From positions 11,098-75,097 of the forward strand of contig JAWOEH010000202.1 in NCBI GenBank assembly GCA_046482855.1: DNA of 64,000 nt, given 5' to 3'. Shown here one piece after another: positions 38,762 through 49,305 of the stretch. Below the pieces are notes generated by a model. That model saw nothing but the letters and a program-made list of their open reading frames with translations. It was not told where the DNA came from and searched no databases. Source of the DNA: Bacteroidales bacterium (GTDB taxonomy: Bacteria > Bacteroidota > Bacteroidia > Bacteroidales > UBA12077). A program made the position numbers and the translations under genes. Position 1 is the stretch's first letter; every line of letters starts with the position of its first letter.

Positions 38762-40102
38762 TTAGATTACTGCGGAACCCCCTGAGCGTCCCTTAATTTT
38801 CCCTGACTTCATCAAGCCATCATAATGGCGCATGAGCAGGTGACTCTCAATTTGCTGTAGAGTATCTAAAACAACTCCAACCAAAATTAGCAACGACGTT
38901 CCACCGTAAAACTGTGCCCACTGATTATTTACACCAAATTTCATTGCTATAGCAGGCAAAATAGCAACTAAAGCTAAAAAGATAGACCCTGGCAGGGTAA
39001 TGCGTGACATTACACTATCGAGGAACTCTACAGTTTTTCGCCCAGGTTTCACACCGGGAATAAACCCGCCGTTTTTCTTCATGTCTTCGGCCATCTGTGT
39101 TGGATTGATAGTAATGGCTGTGTAGAAGTACGTGAAGAGTACAATAAGTACACCAAAGGTAAAGTTATACCAAAATCCCGTGTAGTTTGAAAAAGCAGCC
39201 GCAAACCCGGTCATTGACTCACTTTCGGAAAAACCCGCGATGGTAAGAGGAATAAACATCAGGGCTTGAGCGAAAATGATTGGCATAACTCCTGCGGAAT
39301 TCACCTTCAGGGGTATGTATTGTCGAACACCTCCATATTGTTTGTTGCCAACAATGCGTTTGGCATACTGTACAGGAATACGTCGGGTACCCTGCACCAA
39401 TAAAATGGTAACCATAAAGATGAAAAATAGAATCACCATCTCTAATAAAAAGGCCACCAAGCCTCCTCCTTGCTCTTCGAAACGACTAAGGAATTCGGCA
39501 AACAGAGCAAAAGGCAAGCGGGCAATAATACCAATCATAATGATTAACGAGATACCATTACCAATTCCCTTATCAGTAATTTTCTCGCCCAACCACATAA
39601 TAAACATGGTACCCGCAGTTAGGATAATAATTGAAGAAATCCAGAAGAACGAGCCTTGTAATACAAACGCACTCGGGGGCAGTTGCACCTGAAGGTTTTT
39701 CAGGTAAGCCGGTGCTTGTAATAACAATATAATTACTGTAAGATATCGCGTAATTTGATTGATTTTTCGTCTACCGCTTTCCCCTTCCCGCTGTAATCGT
39801 TGGAAGTAAGGAATCGCAATTCCTAGTAACTGTACCACAATCGAAGCCGAAATATAAGGCATAATTCCCAATCCGAAGATCGAGGCATTTGAAAAAGCGC
39901 CTCCTGAGAACATATTCAATAGCCCCATTACTCCATCGGCTGTTTGATCTTTTAATGCAGACAACTCGGTGGGATTAATTCCGGGCAATACGATAAAACT
40001 ACCTAAACGGTAGATTAACAAAATAAGTAAGGTATAGAGAATCCGATATCGGAGATCCTCAATTTTAGCGATATTCTTGATCGTTTGTATTAAAGCTCTC
40101 AT
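38762..40102 (-). CDS. secY: Preprotein translocase subunit SecY
   Basis: 446 aa with 10 TM segments. It has conserved SecY motifs (GIMPYISASIVVQLL, GGFIPGVKPG). Confidence 0.97.
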   Translation of the reverse strand: MRALIQTIKNIAKIEDLRYRILYTLLILLIYRLGSFIVLPGINPTELSALKDQTADGVMGLLNMFSGGAFSNASIFGLGIMPYISASIVVQLLGIAIPYFQRLQREGESGRRKINQITRYLTVIILLLQAPAYLKNLQVQLPPSAFVLQGSFFWISSIIILTAGTMFIMWLGEKITDKGIGNGISLIIMIGIIARLPFALFAEFLSRFEEQGGGLVAFLLEMVILFFIFMVTILLVQGTRRIPVQYAKRIVGNKQYGGVRQYIPLKVNSAGVMPIIFAQALMFIPLTIAGFSESESMTGFAAAFSNYTGFWYNFTFGVLIVLFTYFYTAITINPTQMAEDMKKNGGFIPGVKPGRKTVEFLDSVMSRITLPGSIFLALVAILPAIAMKFGVNNQWAQFYGGTSLLILVGVVLDTLQQIESHLLMRHYDGLMKSGKIKGRSGGSAVI

Positions 40103-40106
40103 TCAT

Positions 40107-40553
40107 TTAAAGTTTTACAACGGTTCCTTCAAGTGATTCAATTGCTTCCTTAGCCGTTTTGGAGAAGGCATGAGCTTTAACTTCCAACTTCTGGGTGAGC
40201 TCACCATTTCCAAGGATTTTCACCAGGCTATTTCTTTTCACCAGCCCTGCCTGGAAAAGAACCTCTACATCAATGGTAGTGATTCCTTTGCTTTGAGCAA
40301 GGGTTTCAAGCGTCGACAGGTTGATTCCTTTGTAGGCTTTCCGATTGATATTGGTAAAGCCATATTTAGGAACCCGTCGTTGCAAGGGCATCTGTCCACC
40401 CTCAAAGCCGATCTTACGGGAGTAACCAGAACGTGATTTTGCTCCTTTGTGACCGCGAGTAGAAGTCCCAGCGTGGCCTGATCCTTCCCCACGACCAATA
40501 CGCTTTTCTTTTTTGGTCGAGTGGGCTGCAGGTTTCAAATTACTTAAGTCCAT
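40107..40553 (-). CDS. rplO: 50S ribosomal protein L15
   Basis: 148 aa. MDLSNLKPAAHSTKKEKRIGRGEGSGHAGTSTRGHKG. Confidence 0.96.
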   Translation of the reverse strand: MDLSNLKPAAHSTKKEKRIGRGEGSGHAGTSTRGHKGAKSRSGYSRKIGFEGGQMPLQRRVPKYGFTNINRKAYKGINLSTLETLAQSKGITTIDVEVLFQAGLVKRNSLVKILGNGELTQKLEVKAHAFSKTAKEAIESLEGTVVKL

Positions 40554-40574
40554 ATCTTGTTACAAAATTTTCAA

Positions 40575-40754
40575 TTACAAATTTTCAACCTTTACTAAGT
40601 GGTTAACCTTACGAATCATCCCCAAGATTTGAGGCGTATCTTCGTGTTCCACTGCATTGTGCATTTTCTTGATACCCAAGGCTATAAGCGTTACTTTTTG
40701 ACGCTGGGGGCAACCAATTGCACTTTTGATTTGAGTGACTTTTATTTTCGCCAT
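40575..40754 (-). CDS. rpmD: 50S ribosomal protein L30
   Basis: Hand translation gives MAKIKVTQIKSAIGCPQRQKVTLIALGIKKMHNAVEHEDTPQILGMIRKVNHLVKVENL (59 aa) between rpsE and rplO. It is missing from the ORF track. Confidence 0.92.
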   Translation of the reverse strand: MAKIKVTQIKSAIGCPQRQKVTLIALGIKKMHNAVEHEDTPQILGMIRKVNHLVKVENL

Positions 40755-40768
40755 AATTACTGGTTAAT

Positions 40769-41287
40769 CTATCCGTTAAACACTTTATCAAGAGAGACCC
40801 CCCGATGCTCAGCAACAGTGCGTGCATCGCGTAATTCAAGGAGTGCATCAATAGTAGCTTTCACCAGGTTGTGAGGGTTACTCGAGCCTTTGGATTTAGC
40901 CAATACATCAGTTATTCCTACACTCTCCAGAACGGCACGCATAGCACCTCCTGCTTTTACTCCGGTACCATTGGATGCTGGCTTCAGGTAAATCTGAGCG
41001 CCACCAAAACGCATCACTTGCTCGTGAGGAACAGTGCCATGAAGAATGGGTACCTTCACCAGGTTTTTCTTTGCAGCTTCAACGCCTTTGGCAATAGCGG
41101 TAGTAACTTCTTTAGCTTTACCTAAGCCGTAACCGACAATACCATCTTCGTTTCCAACCACTACAATGGCAGTAAATCCAAAGTTACGTCCTCCTTTGGT
41201 AACTTTCGTTACACGCTGGATACTTACAAGCCTATCTTTAAGCTCTAAGTCACTGGTTTTTACCTTTCGAATTGTATTTGTTGACAT
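40769..41287 (-). CDS. rpsE: 30S ribosomal protein S5
   Basis: 172 aa. It has [24 protein letters not shown]. Confidence 0.97.
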   Translation of the reverse strand: MSTNTIRKVKTSDLELKDRLVSIQRVTKVTKGGRNFGFTAIVVVGNEDGIVGYGLGKAKEVTTAIAKGVEAAKKNLVKVPILHGTVPHEQVMRFGGAQIYLKPASNGTGVKAGGAMRAVLESVGITDVLAKSKGSSNPHNLVKATIDALLELRDARTVAEHRGVSLDKVFNG

Positions 41288-41300
41288 AATATCTTAATTC

Positions 41301-41660
41301 TTAGAATTTTAATCCACCCTTTCGTGCACCCTCGGCTAATGCCTTCACTCGTCCGTGGTAAAGATAACCATTTCGGTCGAAAAGTACCTGTTCAATCCCT
41401 TTTTCCAAGGCTTTTTTTGCGGCTAGTTCGCCTACAGCTTCGGCCACCTGGGATTTAGTCAGATTCTCTTTTGCCTGTATCGTTTTCTCCTGCGAGCTGG
41501 CAGCCGCCAAAGTGCGTCCTTCCAGGTCGTCGATAAACTGTGCGTAAATACCTTTGTTACTGCGATATACACTCATGCGAGGTTTTTCAGCCGTACCAAA
41601 CGCTTTTTTACGAATACGTTGTTTAATTCTATATCGTCGCTCTCTTTTCGTTAAGGCCAT
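41301..41660 (-). CDS. rplR: 50S ribosomal protein L18
   Basis: 119 aa. It has [14 protein letters not shown]...[20 protein letters not shown]. Confidence 0.97.
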   Translation of the reverse strand: MALTKRERRYRIKQRIRKKAFGTAEKPRMSVYRSNKGIYAQFIDDLEGRTLAAASSQEKTIQAKENLTKSQVAEAVGELAAKKALEKGIEQVLFDRNGYLYHGRVKALAEGARKGGLKF

Positions 41661-41679
41661 GATTTAAATCATTTAAAAA

Positions 41680-42234
41680 TTATACACTCGCTGACTTACC
41701 AGCTTTACGGCGTATGTGTTCGCCCACAAACTTAATACCTTTCCCCTTGTATGGTTCGGGTGGTCGCAGGGAACGAATCTTGGCAGCTACCTGACCAATA
41801 AGTTGTTTATCGGGGCTGGTAAGGGTAAGCTTCGGATTACCGCGCTTTTCTTGCTTGGCTTCAACCTGCACCTCTTTAGGAAACTGGAAATGAATATCAT
41901 GAGAATATCCCACACTCATTTCCAAAACATCTCCTTTCACGGCAGCTCGGTAACCTACTCCCACCATCTCCATTTCAATCTTATAGCCTTCTGATACTCC
42001 CTCAACCATATTGTTGAGCAGGGAACGTGAAAGACCATGAAGAGCTTTGTGTCTTTTTTGCTCTGAAGGTCGCGTCAAAACTACTTCGGTATCGTTTACC
42101 TCGATAGTCATGTCGGGATTCAATTGTTGCTTAATCTCTCCCTTAGGGCCTTTAACCGTCACATAGTTGCCTTTCTCAACGGCTACGGTAACGTCCTTGG
42201 GAAGCTGTATTGGTAATTTTCCTATTCGTGACAT
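41680..42234 (-). CDS. rplF: 50S ribosomal protein L6
   Basis: 184 aa. MSRIGKLPIQLPKDVTV. Confidence 0.97.
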   Translation of the reverse strand: MSRIGKLPIQLPKDVTVAVEKGNYVTVKGPKGEIKQQLNPDMTIEVNDTEVVLTRPSEQKRHKALHGLSRSLLNNMVEGVSEGYKIEMEMVGVGYRAAVKGDVLEMSVGYSHDIHFQFPKEVQVEAKQEKRGNPKLTLTSPDKQLIGQVAAKIRSLRPPEPYKGKGIKFVGEHIRRKAGKSASV

Positions 42235-42249
42235 GGAATGACAATTTTT

Positions 42250-42648
42250 TTAGTATACATAACAAAGTACTTCCCCACCCACGTTCAATTTTCGGGCCTC
42301 CTTATCGGAGATAACACCCTTTGAGGTGGAAAGAATTGCTACACCCAATCCGTTTAAAACGCGTGGGATTTCATCAGCACCCACATACTTTCGTAAACCC
42401 GGTTTACTTGCACGCTCCATACTCTTAATGGCAGGTGTTTTTGTCTCAGGATGATACTTCAAGGCAATCTTTATATGGCCTTGCTTATCGTCCTGTTCAA
42501 ATTTATAATTCAAAATGTAACCCTTATCAAAAAGGATCTTGGTTATATCTTGTTTCAGATTGGAGGCCGGGATCTCAACAATCTTGTGTTTAGCCATTAC
42601 AGCGTTTCGTATGCGTGTAAGATAATCTGCTATAGGATCTGTAATCAT
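42250..42648 (-). CDS. rpsH: 30S ribosomal protein S8
   Basis: 132 aa. [16 protein letters not shown]. Confidence 0.97.
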   Translation of the reverse strand: MITDPIADYLTRIRNAVMAKHKIVEIPASNLKQDITKILFDKGYILNYKFEQDDKQGHIKIALKYHPETKTPAIKSMERASKPGLRKYVGADEIPRVLNGLGVAILSTSKGVISDKEARKLNVGGEVLCYVY

Positions 42649-42672
42649 ATCTCTATAATTTAAAATTAATCG

Positions 42673-42942
42673 CTACCAACTTGCCTTCTTTATTCCGGGG
42701 ATTTGTCCGTTCGATGCCAATTCACGGAAAACAATCCTACTTACACCAAATTGGCGCATATATCCTTTTGGACGTCCGGTGATCTTACAACGGTTATGCA
42801 TACGGATAGGATTGGAATTACGTGGCAGTCGGCTGAGACCTACATAATCTCCTTTTTCTTTTAATTCGGCACGTTTTTTAGCGTACTTTTTTACCAGTTT
42901 TGCACGTTTCACTTCGCGTGCTTTCATGGATTCTTTAGCCAT
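42673..42942 (-). CDS. rpsN: 30S ribosomal protein S14 (long form)
   Basis: 89 aa. [13 protein letters not shown]... ends [11 protein letters not shown]. Confidence 0.96.
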   Translation of the reverse strand: MAKESMKAREVKRAKLVKKYAKKRAELKEKGDYVGLSRLPRNSNPIRMHNRCKITGRPKGYMRQFGVSRIVFRELASNGQIPGIKKASW

Positions 42943-42960
42943 ATCTACTGCTCTCCTTTT

Positions 42961-43506
42961 TTATTTTTTAAATGGAATCCCAAATTGTTTTAATAATTCA
43001 AAACCCTCTTCGTCGGTTTTGGCAGTGGTAACAAAGGTAATTTCCATGCCCAGGACTTTGGTAATATTATCCAGGACAATTTCCGGGAAGATAATTTGCT
43101 CGTTTACTCCTAAGGTGTAGTTTCCACGGCCATCGAGCTTCGGATTCACACCGTTAAAGTCGCGAATACGAGGCATGGCAATTGCAATCAGGCGCTCGAG
43201 GAATTCGTACATCTTACGACGACGAAGGGTCACACGTGCGCCAATGGGCATACCTTTACGTAACTTAAAGTTTGAGATGTCCTTTTTGGCGTAGGTCTTA
43301 ACAGCCTTTTGTCCAGCGATCAGGGTTAATTCTTGTTGTGCTGTTTCGATAAGCTTTTTATCAGCCACAGCTTGACCAACTCCCTGATTAATGACAATTT
43401 TTTCCAACCGAGGTACATCCATCACTGTAGAATAAGCGAATTTTTCCGTCAACGCGGGGATGATCTCTTCCCGGTATTTTGTTTGTAATGCTGGCGTATA
43501 TTCCAT
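42961..43506 (-). CDS. rplE: 50S ribosomal protein L5
   Basis: 181 aa, in the spc-operon position, with conserved L5 sequence. Confidence 0.96.
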   Translation of the reverse strand: MEYTPALQTKYREEIIPALTEKFAYSTVMDVPRLEKIVINQGVGQAVADKKLIETAQQELTLIAGQKAVKTYAKKDISNFKLRKGMPIGARVTLRRRKMYEFLERLIAIAMPRIRDFNGVNPKLDGRGNYTLGVNEQIIFPEIVLDNITKVLGMEITFVTTAKTDEEGFELLKQFGIPFKK

Positions 43507-43829
43507 TACTTGATCTCCTCTCCTGATTTTTTTGAATATCGCACTAACTTATTAGTATCGTCCTTGCGGCGACCAATACGCGTGGGGTTTCCAGTCGAAG
43601 GGTCTACCACCATAAGATTGGAAATGTGTATTGGAGCCTCTTTTTTTACAATTCCTCCTTGAGGATTGTCGGCGTTAGGTTTTGTGTGCTTCGAAATCAT
43701 GTTCACCCCTTCAACCAGGGCTTTATTTGTGTTTCGAAACACTTCCAGTACTTTACCTTGTTGGCCTCGGTACTCCCCTGCATTTACGTAAACCGTATCG
43801 CCTTTTTTGATATGTAACTTTGTTTGCAT
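43506..43829 (-). CDS. rplX: 50S ribosomal protein L24
   Basis: 107 aa with a KOW motif ([21 protein letters not shown]). Confidence 0.96.
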   Translation of the reverse strand: MQTKLHIKKGDTVYVNAGEYRGQQGKVLEVFRNTNKALVEGVNMISKHTKPNADNPQGGIVKKEAPIHISNLMVVDPSTGNPTRIGRRKDDTNKLVRYSKKSGEEIK

Positions 43830-43840
43830 GCAGTGAATTT

Positions 43841-44206
43841 TTATAACACCTCAGGTGCTAATGAAACAATCTTCATGTAGTTCTCACGCAATTCTCTGGG
43901 CATAGGGCCAAAGATACGAGTACCACGAAGCTCGCCGGCTTGGTTCAACAATACCACAGCATTGTCATCGAACCGGATGTAACTTCCATCGGGGCGTCGT
44001 ATTTCTTTACGTGTACGTACCACCACCGCTTTCGATACGGTACCTTTTTTGATCTCGCTCGAAGGCAGGGCGTTCTTTACAGACACCACAATCTTGTCGC
44101 CGATTGACGCGTATCTTTTACCAGTTCCGCCTAGTACCCGGATGCAGAGGACTTCTCTGGCGCCCGAGTTATCGGCTACTGATAATCTACTTTCTTGCTG
44201 TATCAT
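43841..44206 (-). CDS. rplN: 50S ribosomal protein L14
   Basis: 121 aa. [27 protein letters not shown]. Confidence 0.98.
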   Translation of the reverse strand: MIQQESRLSVADNSGAREVLCIRVLGGTGKRYASIGDKIVVSVKNALPSSEIKKGTVSKAVVVRTRKEIRRPDGSYIRFDDNAVVLLNQAGELRGTRIFGPMPRELRENYMKIVSLAPEVL

Positions 44207-44208
44207 GG

Positions 44209-44475
44209 TTATTTAACTCTTTCAATAATTTCAACTAATCTCCAACATTTTGATTTACTCAAAGGACGGGTCTCCATAATTCGTACGGTATCCCCGATGT
44301 TGCATGTATTTTGTTCGTCGTGGGCAATAAATCGGTTTCGAGCCTTAATAAATTTGCCATAGCGCTTATGCTTTTTACGGCGCGCGACTTCGACAACGAC
44401 ACTCTTGTCCATTTTGTTACTCACAACGACACCAATACGCTCTTTTCGCAGGTTTCTTGTTATTTCCATTTCCAA
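44209..44475 (-). CDS. rpsQ: 30S ribosomal protein S17
   Basis: 88 aa. It has [18 protein letters not shown]...YIAHDEQN-like. Confidence 0.96.
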   Translation of the reverse strand: MEMEITRNLRKERIGVVVSNKMDKSVVVEVARRKKHKRYGKFIKARNRFIAHDEQNTCNIGDTVRIMETRPLSKSKCWRLVEIIERVK

Positions 44476-44478
44476 AAA

Positions 44479-44688
44479 TTAATCGTTCGAATTCTCGTTT
44501 ACTTCTCGCTTACGCAATTCGGTTTTTAACCTTGCGATATTTTTGCGTGCTTCACGCAATTTCAATGGGTTTTCCAAGGGTGAAACCGCGTGATTAAGGC
44601 GCAGTTTAGCAAGCATTGCTCGTTCTGTATCGATGCGTTCCACCATTTCCTTGGTGGTCATTTCGCGAATTTCCGAATTTTTCATCAC
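44479..44688 (-). CDS. rpmC: 50S ribosomal protein L29
   Basis: 69 aa, helical. It has LRLNHAVSPLENPLKLREARKNIARLKT. Confidence 0.94.
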   Translation of the reverse strand: MMKNSEIREMTTKEMVERIDTERAMLAKLRLNHAVSPLENPLKLREARKNIARLKTELRKREVNENSND

Positions 44689-44691
44689 TCA

Positions 44692-45123
44692 CTAATTTTC
44701 ATTTTCAACATAATCACGACGAACAACGAGTTTCGTTGTCACGGGCAATTTTTGCGCACCTAAGCGCAACGCCTCTTTGGCAACATTCATCGGTACGCCT
44801 TCCAGTTCGAAAAGCATGCGACCAGGTTTTACCGGAGCCACGAATCCTTCTGGTGCACCACGACCTTTACCCATTCGCACTTCGGCAGGTTTTTTGGTTA
44901 TGGGTTTATCCGGAAAGATACGGATCCACAACTGCCCCTCGCGCTTCATATAACGTGTGATAGCTTGTCGGGCAGCTTCAATCTGACGGCCAGTAATCCA
45001 GTGCTCTTCCAGCGACTTGATGCCGAAGGAACCAAATGCCAGCTGATTTCCTCGCTGCGCATTGCCCTTCATTTTTCCTTTCTGGACTCGTCTGTATTTT
45101 GTTCTCTTTGGCTGTAACATCAC
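44692..45123 (-). CDS. rplP: 50S ribosomal protein L16
   Basis: 143 aa. [19 protein letters not shown]. Confidence 0.97.
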   Translation of the reverse strand: MMLQPKRTKYRRVQKGKMKGNAQRGNQLAFGSFGIKSLEEHWITGRQIEAARQAITRYMKREGQLWIRIFPDKPITKKPAEVRMGKGRGAPEGFVAPVKPGRMLFELEGVPMNVAKEALRLGAQKLPVTTKLVVRRDYVENEN

Positions 45124-45144
45124 TTAACTGTTTATTATTGATGT

Positions 45145-45846
45145 TTATTTTCTTCTTTTCTTGAAGCCACGTTTTTGGTTGCGACCGCCTGCTGGCTGCG
45201 TATTTGGCGACAGGTCGGGCTTCCCATAGACTTCTCCTTTACAAATCCACACTTTTACACCAATCAACCCTACTTTTGTCAAGGCTTCATTCAATGAATA
45301 GTCGATATCGGCACGGAAAGTGTGTAACGGCGTACGTCCTTCTTTGTATACTTCGGTACGTGCCATCTCAGCACCTCCTAAGCGTCCCCCAATCTGTACT
45401 TTGATTCCTTCGGCTCCCATTCGCATGGTAGAAGCAATGGCCATTTTAATGGCACGACGATAGGAAACTTTTCCTTCAATTTGGCGGGCAATGCTGGCTC
45501 CAACAATAGCGGCATCCAGCTCAGGACGTTTCACCTCAAAGATGTTAATCTGCACCTCTTTTTTGGTGAGCTTTTTCAACTCTTCCTTGAGTTTGTCAAC
45601 CTCCTGTCCTCCTTTCCCAATAATGATACCGGGACGGGCTGTGTGAACAGTTACGGTGATGAGCTTTAAGGTACGCTCGATGATAATTTTCGAGATACTG
45701 GCTTTGGCTAAACGGGCGTTAAGGTACTTACGAATTTTGTTGTCCTCCACCAGCTTCTCGGCGTAATTCTTTCCACCGTACCAGTTGGAGTCCCATCCGC
45801 GAATAATTCCCAATCGATTCCCTATCGGATTAACTTTTTGTCCCAT
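45145..45846 (-). CDS. rpsC: 30S ribosomal protein S3
   Basis: 233 aa. [23 protein letters not shown]. Confidence 0.97.
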   Translation of the reverse strand: MGQKVNPIGNRLGIIRGWDSNWYGGKNYAEKLVEDNKIRKYLNARLAKASISKIIIERTLKLITVTVHTARPGIIIGKGGQEVDKLKEELKKLTKKEVQINIFEVKRPELDAAIVGASIARQIEGKVSYRRAIKMAIASTMRMGAEGIKVQIGGRLGGAEMARTEVYKEGRTPLHTFRADIDYSLNEALTKVGLIGVKVWICKGEVYGKPDLSPNTQPAGGRNQKRGFKKRRK

Positions 45847-46266
45847 CTATTCTTCGGTTTGAGTATCGTTGTTATTTAGATTATCTACCACCAGTGTTAC
45901 GTGATTCGAGCGTTTGCGAATACGATGTGCTCGCCCTTGTGGGGCAGGCTGAATACGTTTTAGGGTACGTCCCTGATTCACAAAAATCTCTTTCACAACT
46001 AGCTGGCTATCTTCTATACGAACCCCTTCGTTTTTAGCTTGCCAGTTGGCAATTGCTGAAAGCAATAATTTCTCTACACGGCCTGAGGCCTCCTTGGGAT
46101 TGAATCGGAGGACATCTAGCGCTTTGTTTACTTCCATTCCACGAATAAGATCTGCGATCAAGCGCATTTTTCGTGGCGAAGTAGGACAGTCTCGCAATAC
46201 AGCTGCGTATCGAGTTTTTCTGCTCTCTTTAAGTTGGTTCGCTCTATTTCTTTTTCTTGCTCCCAT
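45847..46266 (-). CDS. rplV: 50S ribosomal protein L22
   Basis: 139 aa with an L22 core ([14 protein letters not shown]) and short N- and C-terminal extensions. Confidence 0.95.
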   Translation of the reverse strand: MGARKRNRANQLKESRKTRYAAVLRDCPTSPRKMRLIADLIRGMEVNKALDVLRFNPKEASGRVEKLLLSAIANWQAKNEGVRIEDSQLVVKEIFVNQGRTLKRIQPAPQGRAHRIRKRSNHVTLVVDNLNNNDTQTEE

Positions 46267-46295
46267 TACATTCTATGTATTTAGGATATTACTTT

Positions 46296-46565
46296 TTACT
46301 TTTTCTTATTCCCTGCGTGTCCACGGAAAGTACGTGTAGGGGCAAACTCTCCAAGCTTGTGTCCCACCATATTCTCGGTTACGTAAACCGGAATAAATTT
46401 ATTTCCGTTATGCACTGCAATGGTTAGTCCTACAAAATCAGGAGAAATCATAGATCGTCGGGACCAGGTTTTTACCACGGTTTTTTTGGTGGACTGTTGC
46501 TGCTCCAATACGCGCTTTTCCAGCTTGTAATCTATGAAGGGCCCTTTTTTAAGTGATCGACTCAT
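46296..46565 (-). CDS. rpsS: 30S ribosomal protein S19
   Basis: 89 aa. [15 protein letters not shown]...[16 protein letters not shown]. Confidence 0.98.
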   Translation of the reverse strand: MSRSLKKGPFIDYKLEKRVLEQQQSTKKTVVKTWSRRSMISPDFVGLTIAVHNGNKFIPVYVTENMVGHKLGEFAPTRTFRGHAGNKKK

Positions 46566-46584
46566 AATATGCTCAATTAATCAA

Positions 46585-47409
46585 TTACTTCTTACGTCTT
46601 TCAACAATGTACTTATTTGAAGCTTTCTTGGGCGAACGAGTTTTGTACCCTTTAGCTGGCAATCCTTTACGAGAACGTGGATGTCCTCCGGAAGAACGGC
46701 CTTCACCACCACCCATGGGGTGATCGACAGGGTTCATAACTACACCTCGCGTACGTGGACGACGTCCTAACCAGCGTGAGCGTCCGGCTTTACCCGACGA
46801 TTCAAGGCTGTGATCAGGATTTGACACCACTCCAACAGTCGCTTTACAAGTAGTAAGTACCATTCGCGATTCCCCTGAAGGAAGCTTCACAATTGCATAT
46901 TTGCCATCGCGAGAGGTTAATTGTGCGTAGGTACCTGCACTACGAGCCATAATTCCCCCTTTTCCAGGGTGCAGCTCGATGTTGTGGACAATTGTACCCA
47001 ATGGAATGTCGCTTAAGAAAAGGGCATTTCCCACTTCGGGGGCTACGTCTTTTCCGGACTTCACTTTTTGTCCTACTTCTAGGCCATTAGGTGCAATGAT
47101 ATAGCGTTTCTCGCCATCTTCATATTGCAATAAAGCAATACGTGCCGATCGGTTAGGATCGTATTCGATGGTCTTTACGGTTGCCTCCATTCCATCTTTA
47201 TCGCGAAGAAAGTCGATAATGCGGTAGCGACGCTTGTGCCCACCTCCTCGGTAGCGCATGGTCATCTTACCATCATCATTTCTTCCTCCGGTTTTTCGTA
47301 ATGGAGCTAATAAGGACTTCTCCGGCTTATTTGTGGTAATGGTGTCAAATGCACCAATTACCTTATGTCGTTGTCCTGGTGTTACCGGTCTAAATTTTCT
47401 TACAGCCAT
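46585..47409 (-). CDS. rplB: 50S ribosomal protein L2
   Basis: 274 aa. [17 protein letters not shown]...[17 protein letters not shown]. Confidence 0.98.
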   Translation of the reverse strand: MAVRKFRPVTPGQRHKVIGAFDTITTNKPEKSLLAPLRKTGGRNDDGKMTMRYRGGGHKRRYRIIDFLRDKDGMEATVKTIEYDPNRSARIALLQYEDGEKRYIIAPNGLEVGQKVKSGKDVAPEVGNALFLSDIPLGTIVHNIELHPGKGGIMARSAGTYAQLTSRDGKYAIVKLPSGESRMVLTTCKATVGVVSNPDHSLESSGKAGRSRWLGRRPRTRGVVMNPVDHPMGGGEGRSSGGHPRSRKGLPAKGYKTRSPKKASNKYIVERRKK

Positions 47410-47414
47410 GTCAA

Positions 47415-47705
47415 TTAAATATTGCTATAAAAATCAATTTGTTCTCCTTCTGCTAAAGTCACAATTGCCTTTTTGTAGGAATTCATGCGACCTGAAATAA
47501 TTCCAGACTTTGTATATCGTGATTTTCTTTTGCCCAGGTAACGCATGGTACGTACTTTTTCAACGGTTACGCCATACATTTCCTCTACAGCTTCACGAAT
47601 CTGGATCTTATTTGCCTGGGTATCTACGATGAACCCGTAGCGATTCAATTTCTCGCCCATGTCGGTCATCTTTTCCGTCACTATTGGCTTAATTAAAGTA
47701 TCCAT
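47415..47705 (-). CDS. rplW: 50S ribosomal protein L23
   Basis: 96 aa, in the S10-operon position, with conserved L23 sequence. Confidence 0.95.
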   Translation of the reverse strand: MDTLIKPIVTEKMTDMGEKLNRYGFIVDTQANKIQIREAVEEMYGVTVEKVRTMRYLGKRKSRYTKSGIISGRMNSYKKAIVTLAEGEQIDFYSNI

Positions 47706-47716
47706 AGTTCTATTCT

Positions 47717-48349
47717 TTACTGAATTCTAAACATTTTGTGCAACGGCTCCAGCGAGTTCTCTGCAAAGAGTACCACTGTGGCATTCATGATGTCATAGGT
47801 AGTAAGCTCATTCACTGTTACCACTTTGGCATCTTGAATATTCCTGGAAGACAAGAAGATGTTATCATTGTTTTCGTTTAATACCAACAATGTTTTCTTA
47901 TTGCTCACTTCCAGATTTTTGCGCAAAGCCACGAATTCTTTGGTTTTGGGTGCTTCAAAGTTGAAATCGGCCAGTACCTTCAATGCATCGCCTTTGGCTT
48001 TGTATGAAAGTGCTGATTTACGAGCCAGCTGTTTAAGTTTTCGATTCAACTTGAAACTATAGCTACGTGGGCGTGGTCCGAAAATACGTCCACCACCACG
48101 AAAAATAGGGGACTTAATGCTACCAGCCCTAGCCGTTCCGGTTCCTTTCTGACGCTTAATTTTTCGCGTACTTCCAACAATCTCCCCGCGTTCTTTAGTT
48201 TTATGTGTACCCTGACGGTTATTAGCCATGTATTGTTTTACATCAAGATAAATGGCGTGGTCGTTAGGCTCAATGCTAAAGATTTCATCACTGAGGGTTG
48301 CTTTCTTACCGGTATCTTCTCCTGTTATGTTATAAATCGCTAGTTCCAT
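47717..48349 (-). CDS. rplD: 50S ribosomal protein L4
   Basis: 210 aa. It has [23 protein letters not shown]. Confidence 0.96.
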   Translation of the reverse strand: MELAIYNITGEDTGKKATLSDEIFSIEPNDHAIYLDVKQYMANNRQGTHKTKERGEIVGSTRKIKRQKGTGTARAGSIKSPIFRGGGRIFGPRPRSYSFKLNRKLKQLARKSALSYKAKGDALKVLADFNFEAPKTKEFVALRKNLEVSNKKTLLVLNENNDNIFLSSRNIQDAKVVTVNELTTYDIMNATVVLFAENSLEPLHKMFRIQ

Positions 48350-48966
48350 TACTTCTGAATAATTAAATATGAACCTTTTGAACCAGGTATAGAACCTTTT
48401 ACTAATAATAGGTTACTCTCGGGTATCACTTTTAGTACTTTCAGATTCAGTACTTTTATGGTTTTTCCACCATCGCGTCCAGCCATTCGCATGCCCTTAA
48501 ATACCCTTGATGGGTAAGATGATGCTCCAAGAGAACCGGGTGCCCGGTTACGGTTGTGCTGTCCGTGAGTTTGGCCTCCGACACCTGCAAAGCCATGACG
48601 TTTTACAACGCCCTGGAAACCTTTTCCTTTCGAAATTCCGGTAATATCCACCCATGAATCCTCATCGAAGATATCAACCGTTACCGTTTCACCTAATTTG
48701 TGCTCGGTTTCGAAATTCTTAAACTCGTACAACTTCGCTTTTGGCGTAGTGCTAGCCTTTTTGAAGTGTCCAAGCAAAGGCTTTCCTGTGCTTTTCTCTT
48801 TTCGCTCATCGAAGGCCAATTGTAGTGCTTCGTACCCATCTGTTTCAGTTGTTTTAACCTGGGTGACCACGCATGGTCCTGCTTCGACTACAGTGCATGG
48901 TATGTTTTTACCCTCGGCACTGTATATGGAAGTCATTCCAATTTTCTTTCCAATTAATCCTGGCAT
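48349..48966 (-). CDS. rplC: 50S ribosomal protein L3
   Basis: 205 aa. [15 protein letters not shown]...[13 protein letters not shown]. Confidence 0.97.
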   Translation of the reverse strand: MPGLIGKKIGMTSIYSAEGKNIPCTVVEAGPCVVTQVKTTETDGYEALQLAFDERKEKSTGKPLLGHFKKASTTPKAKLYEFKNFETEHKLGETVTVDIFDEDSWVDITGISKGKGFQGVVKRHGFAGVGGQTHGQHNRNRAPGSLGASSYPSRVFKGMRMAGRDGGKTIKVLNLKVLKVIPESNLLLVKGSIPGSKGSYLIIQK

Positions 48967-48988
48967 GTCACAAAATTTACTTAGTGCA

Positions 48989-49294
48989 TTACACTTTAAT
49001 TTCCACTTCTACTCCACTAGGAAGCTCTAATTTCATCAACGCATCAATGGTTTTGGGCGTTGAACTGTAAATGTCCATCAGTCGCTTGTACGAGGAAAGC
49101 TGAAACTGCTCACGTGACTTCTTGTTCACAAATGTTGAGCGCAGCACCGTATACACGCGGCGATGAGTGGGTAGCGGAATAGGTCCGCTAACCACTGCTC
49201 CTGTGGCTTTTACTGTCTTCACAATCTTCTCGGCACTCTTGTCCACAAGATTGTGATCGTAAGATTTAAGTTTAATTCGAATCTTCTGGCTCAT
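48989..49294 (-). CDS. rpsJ: 30S ribosomal protein S10
   Basis: 101 aa. [18 protein letters not shown]. Confidence 0.98.
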   Translation of the reverse strand: MSQKIRIKLKSYDHNLVDKSAEKIVKTVKATGAVVSGPIPLPTHRRVYTVLRSTFVNKKSREQFQLSSYKRLMDIYSSTPKTIDALMKLELPSGVEVEIKV

Positions 49295-49305
49295 TACTCT
49301 TTAAA

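Noticed and set aside
40599-40874. Tracked ORFs 40599..40874 (+) and 40609..40851 (-) between rplO and rpsE
   Set aside because: They have no family resemblance and overlap rpsE. The real gene here is the 59-aa rpmD (40575..40754) in another minus-strand frame.
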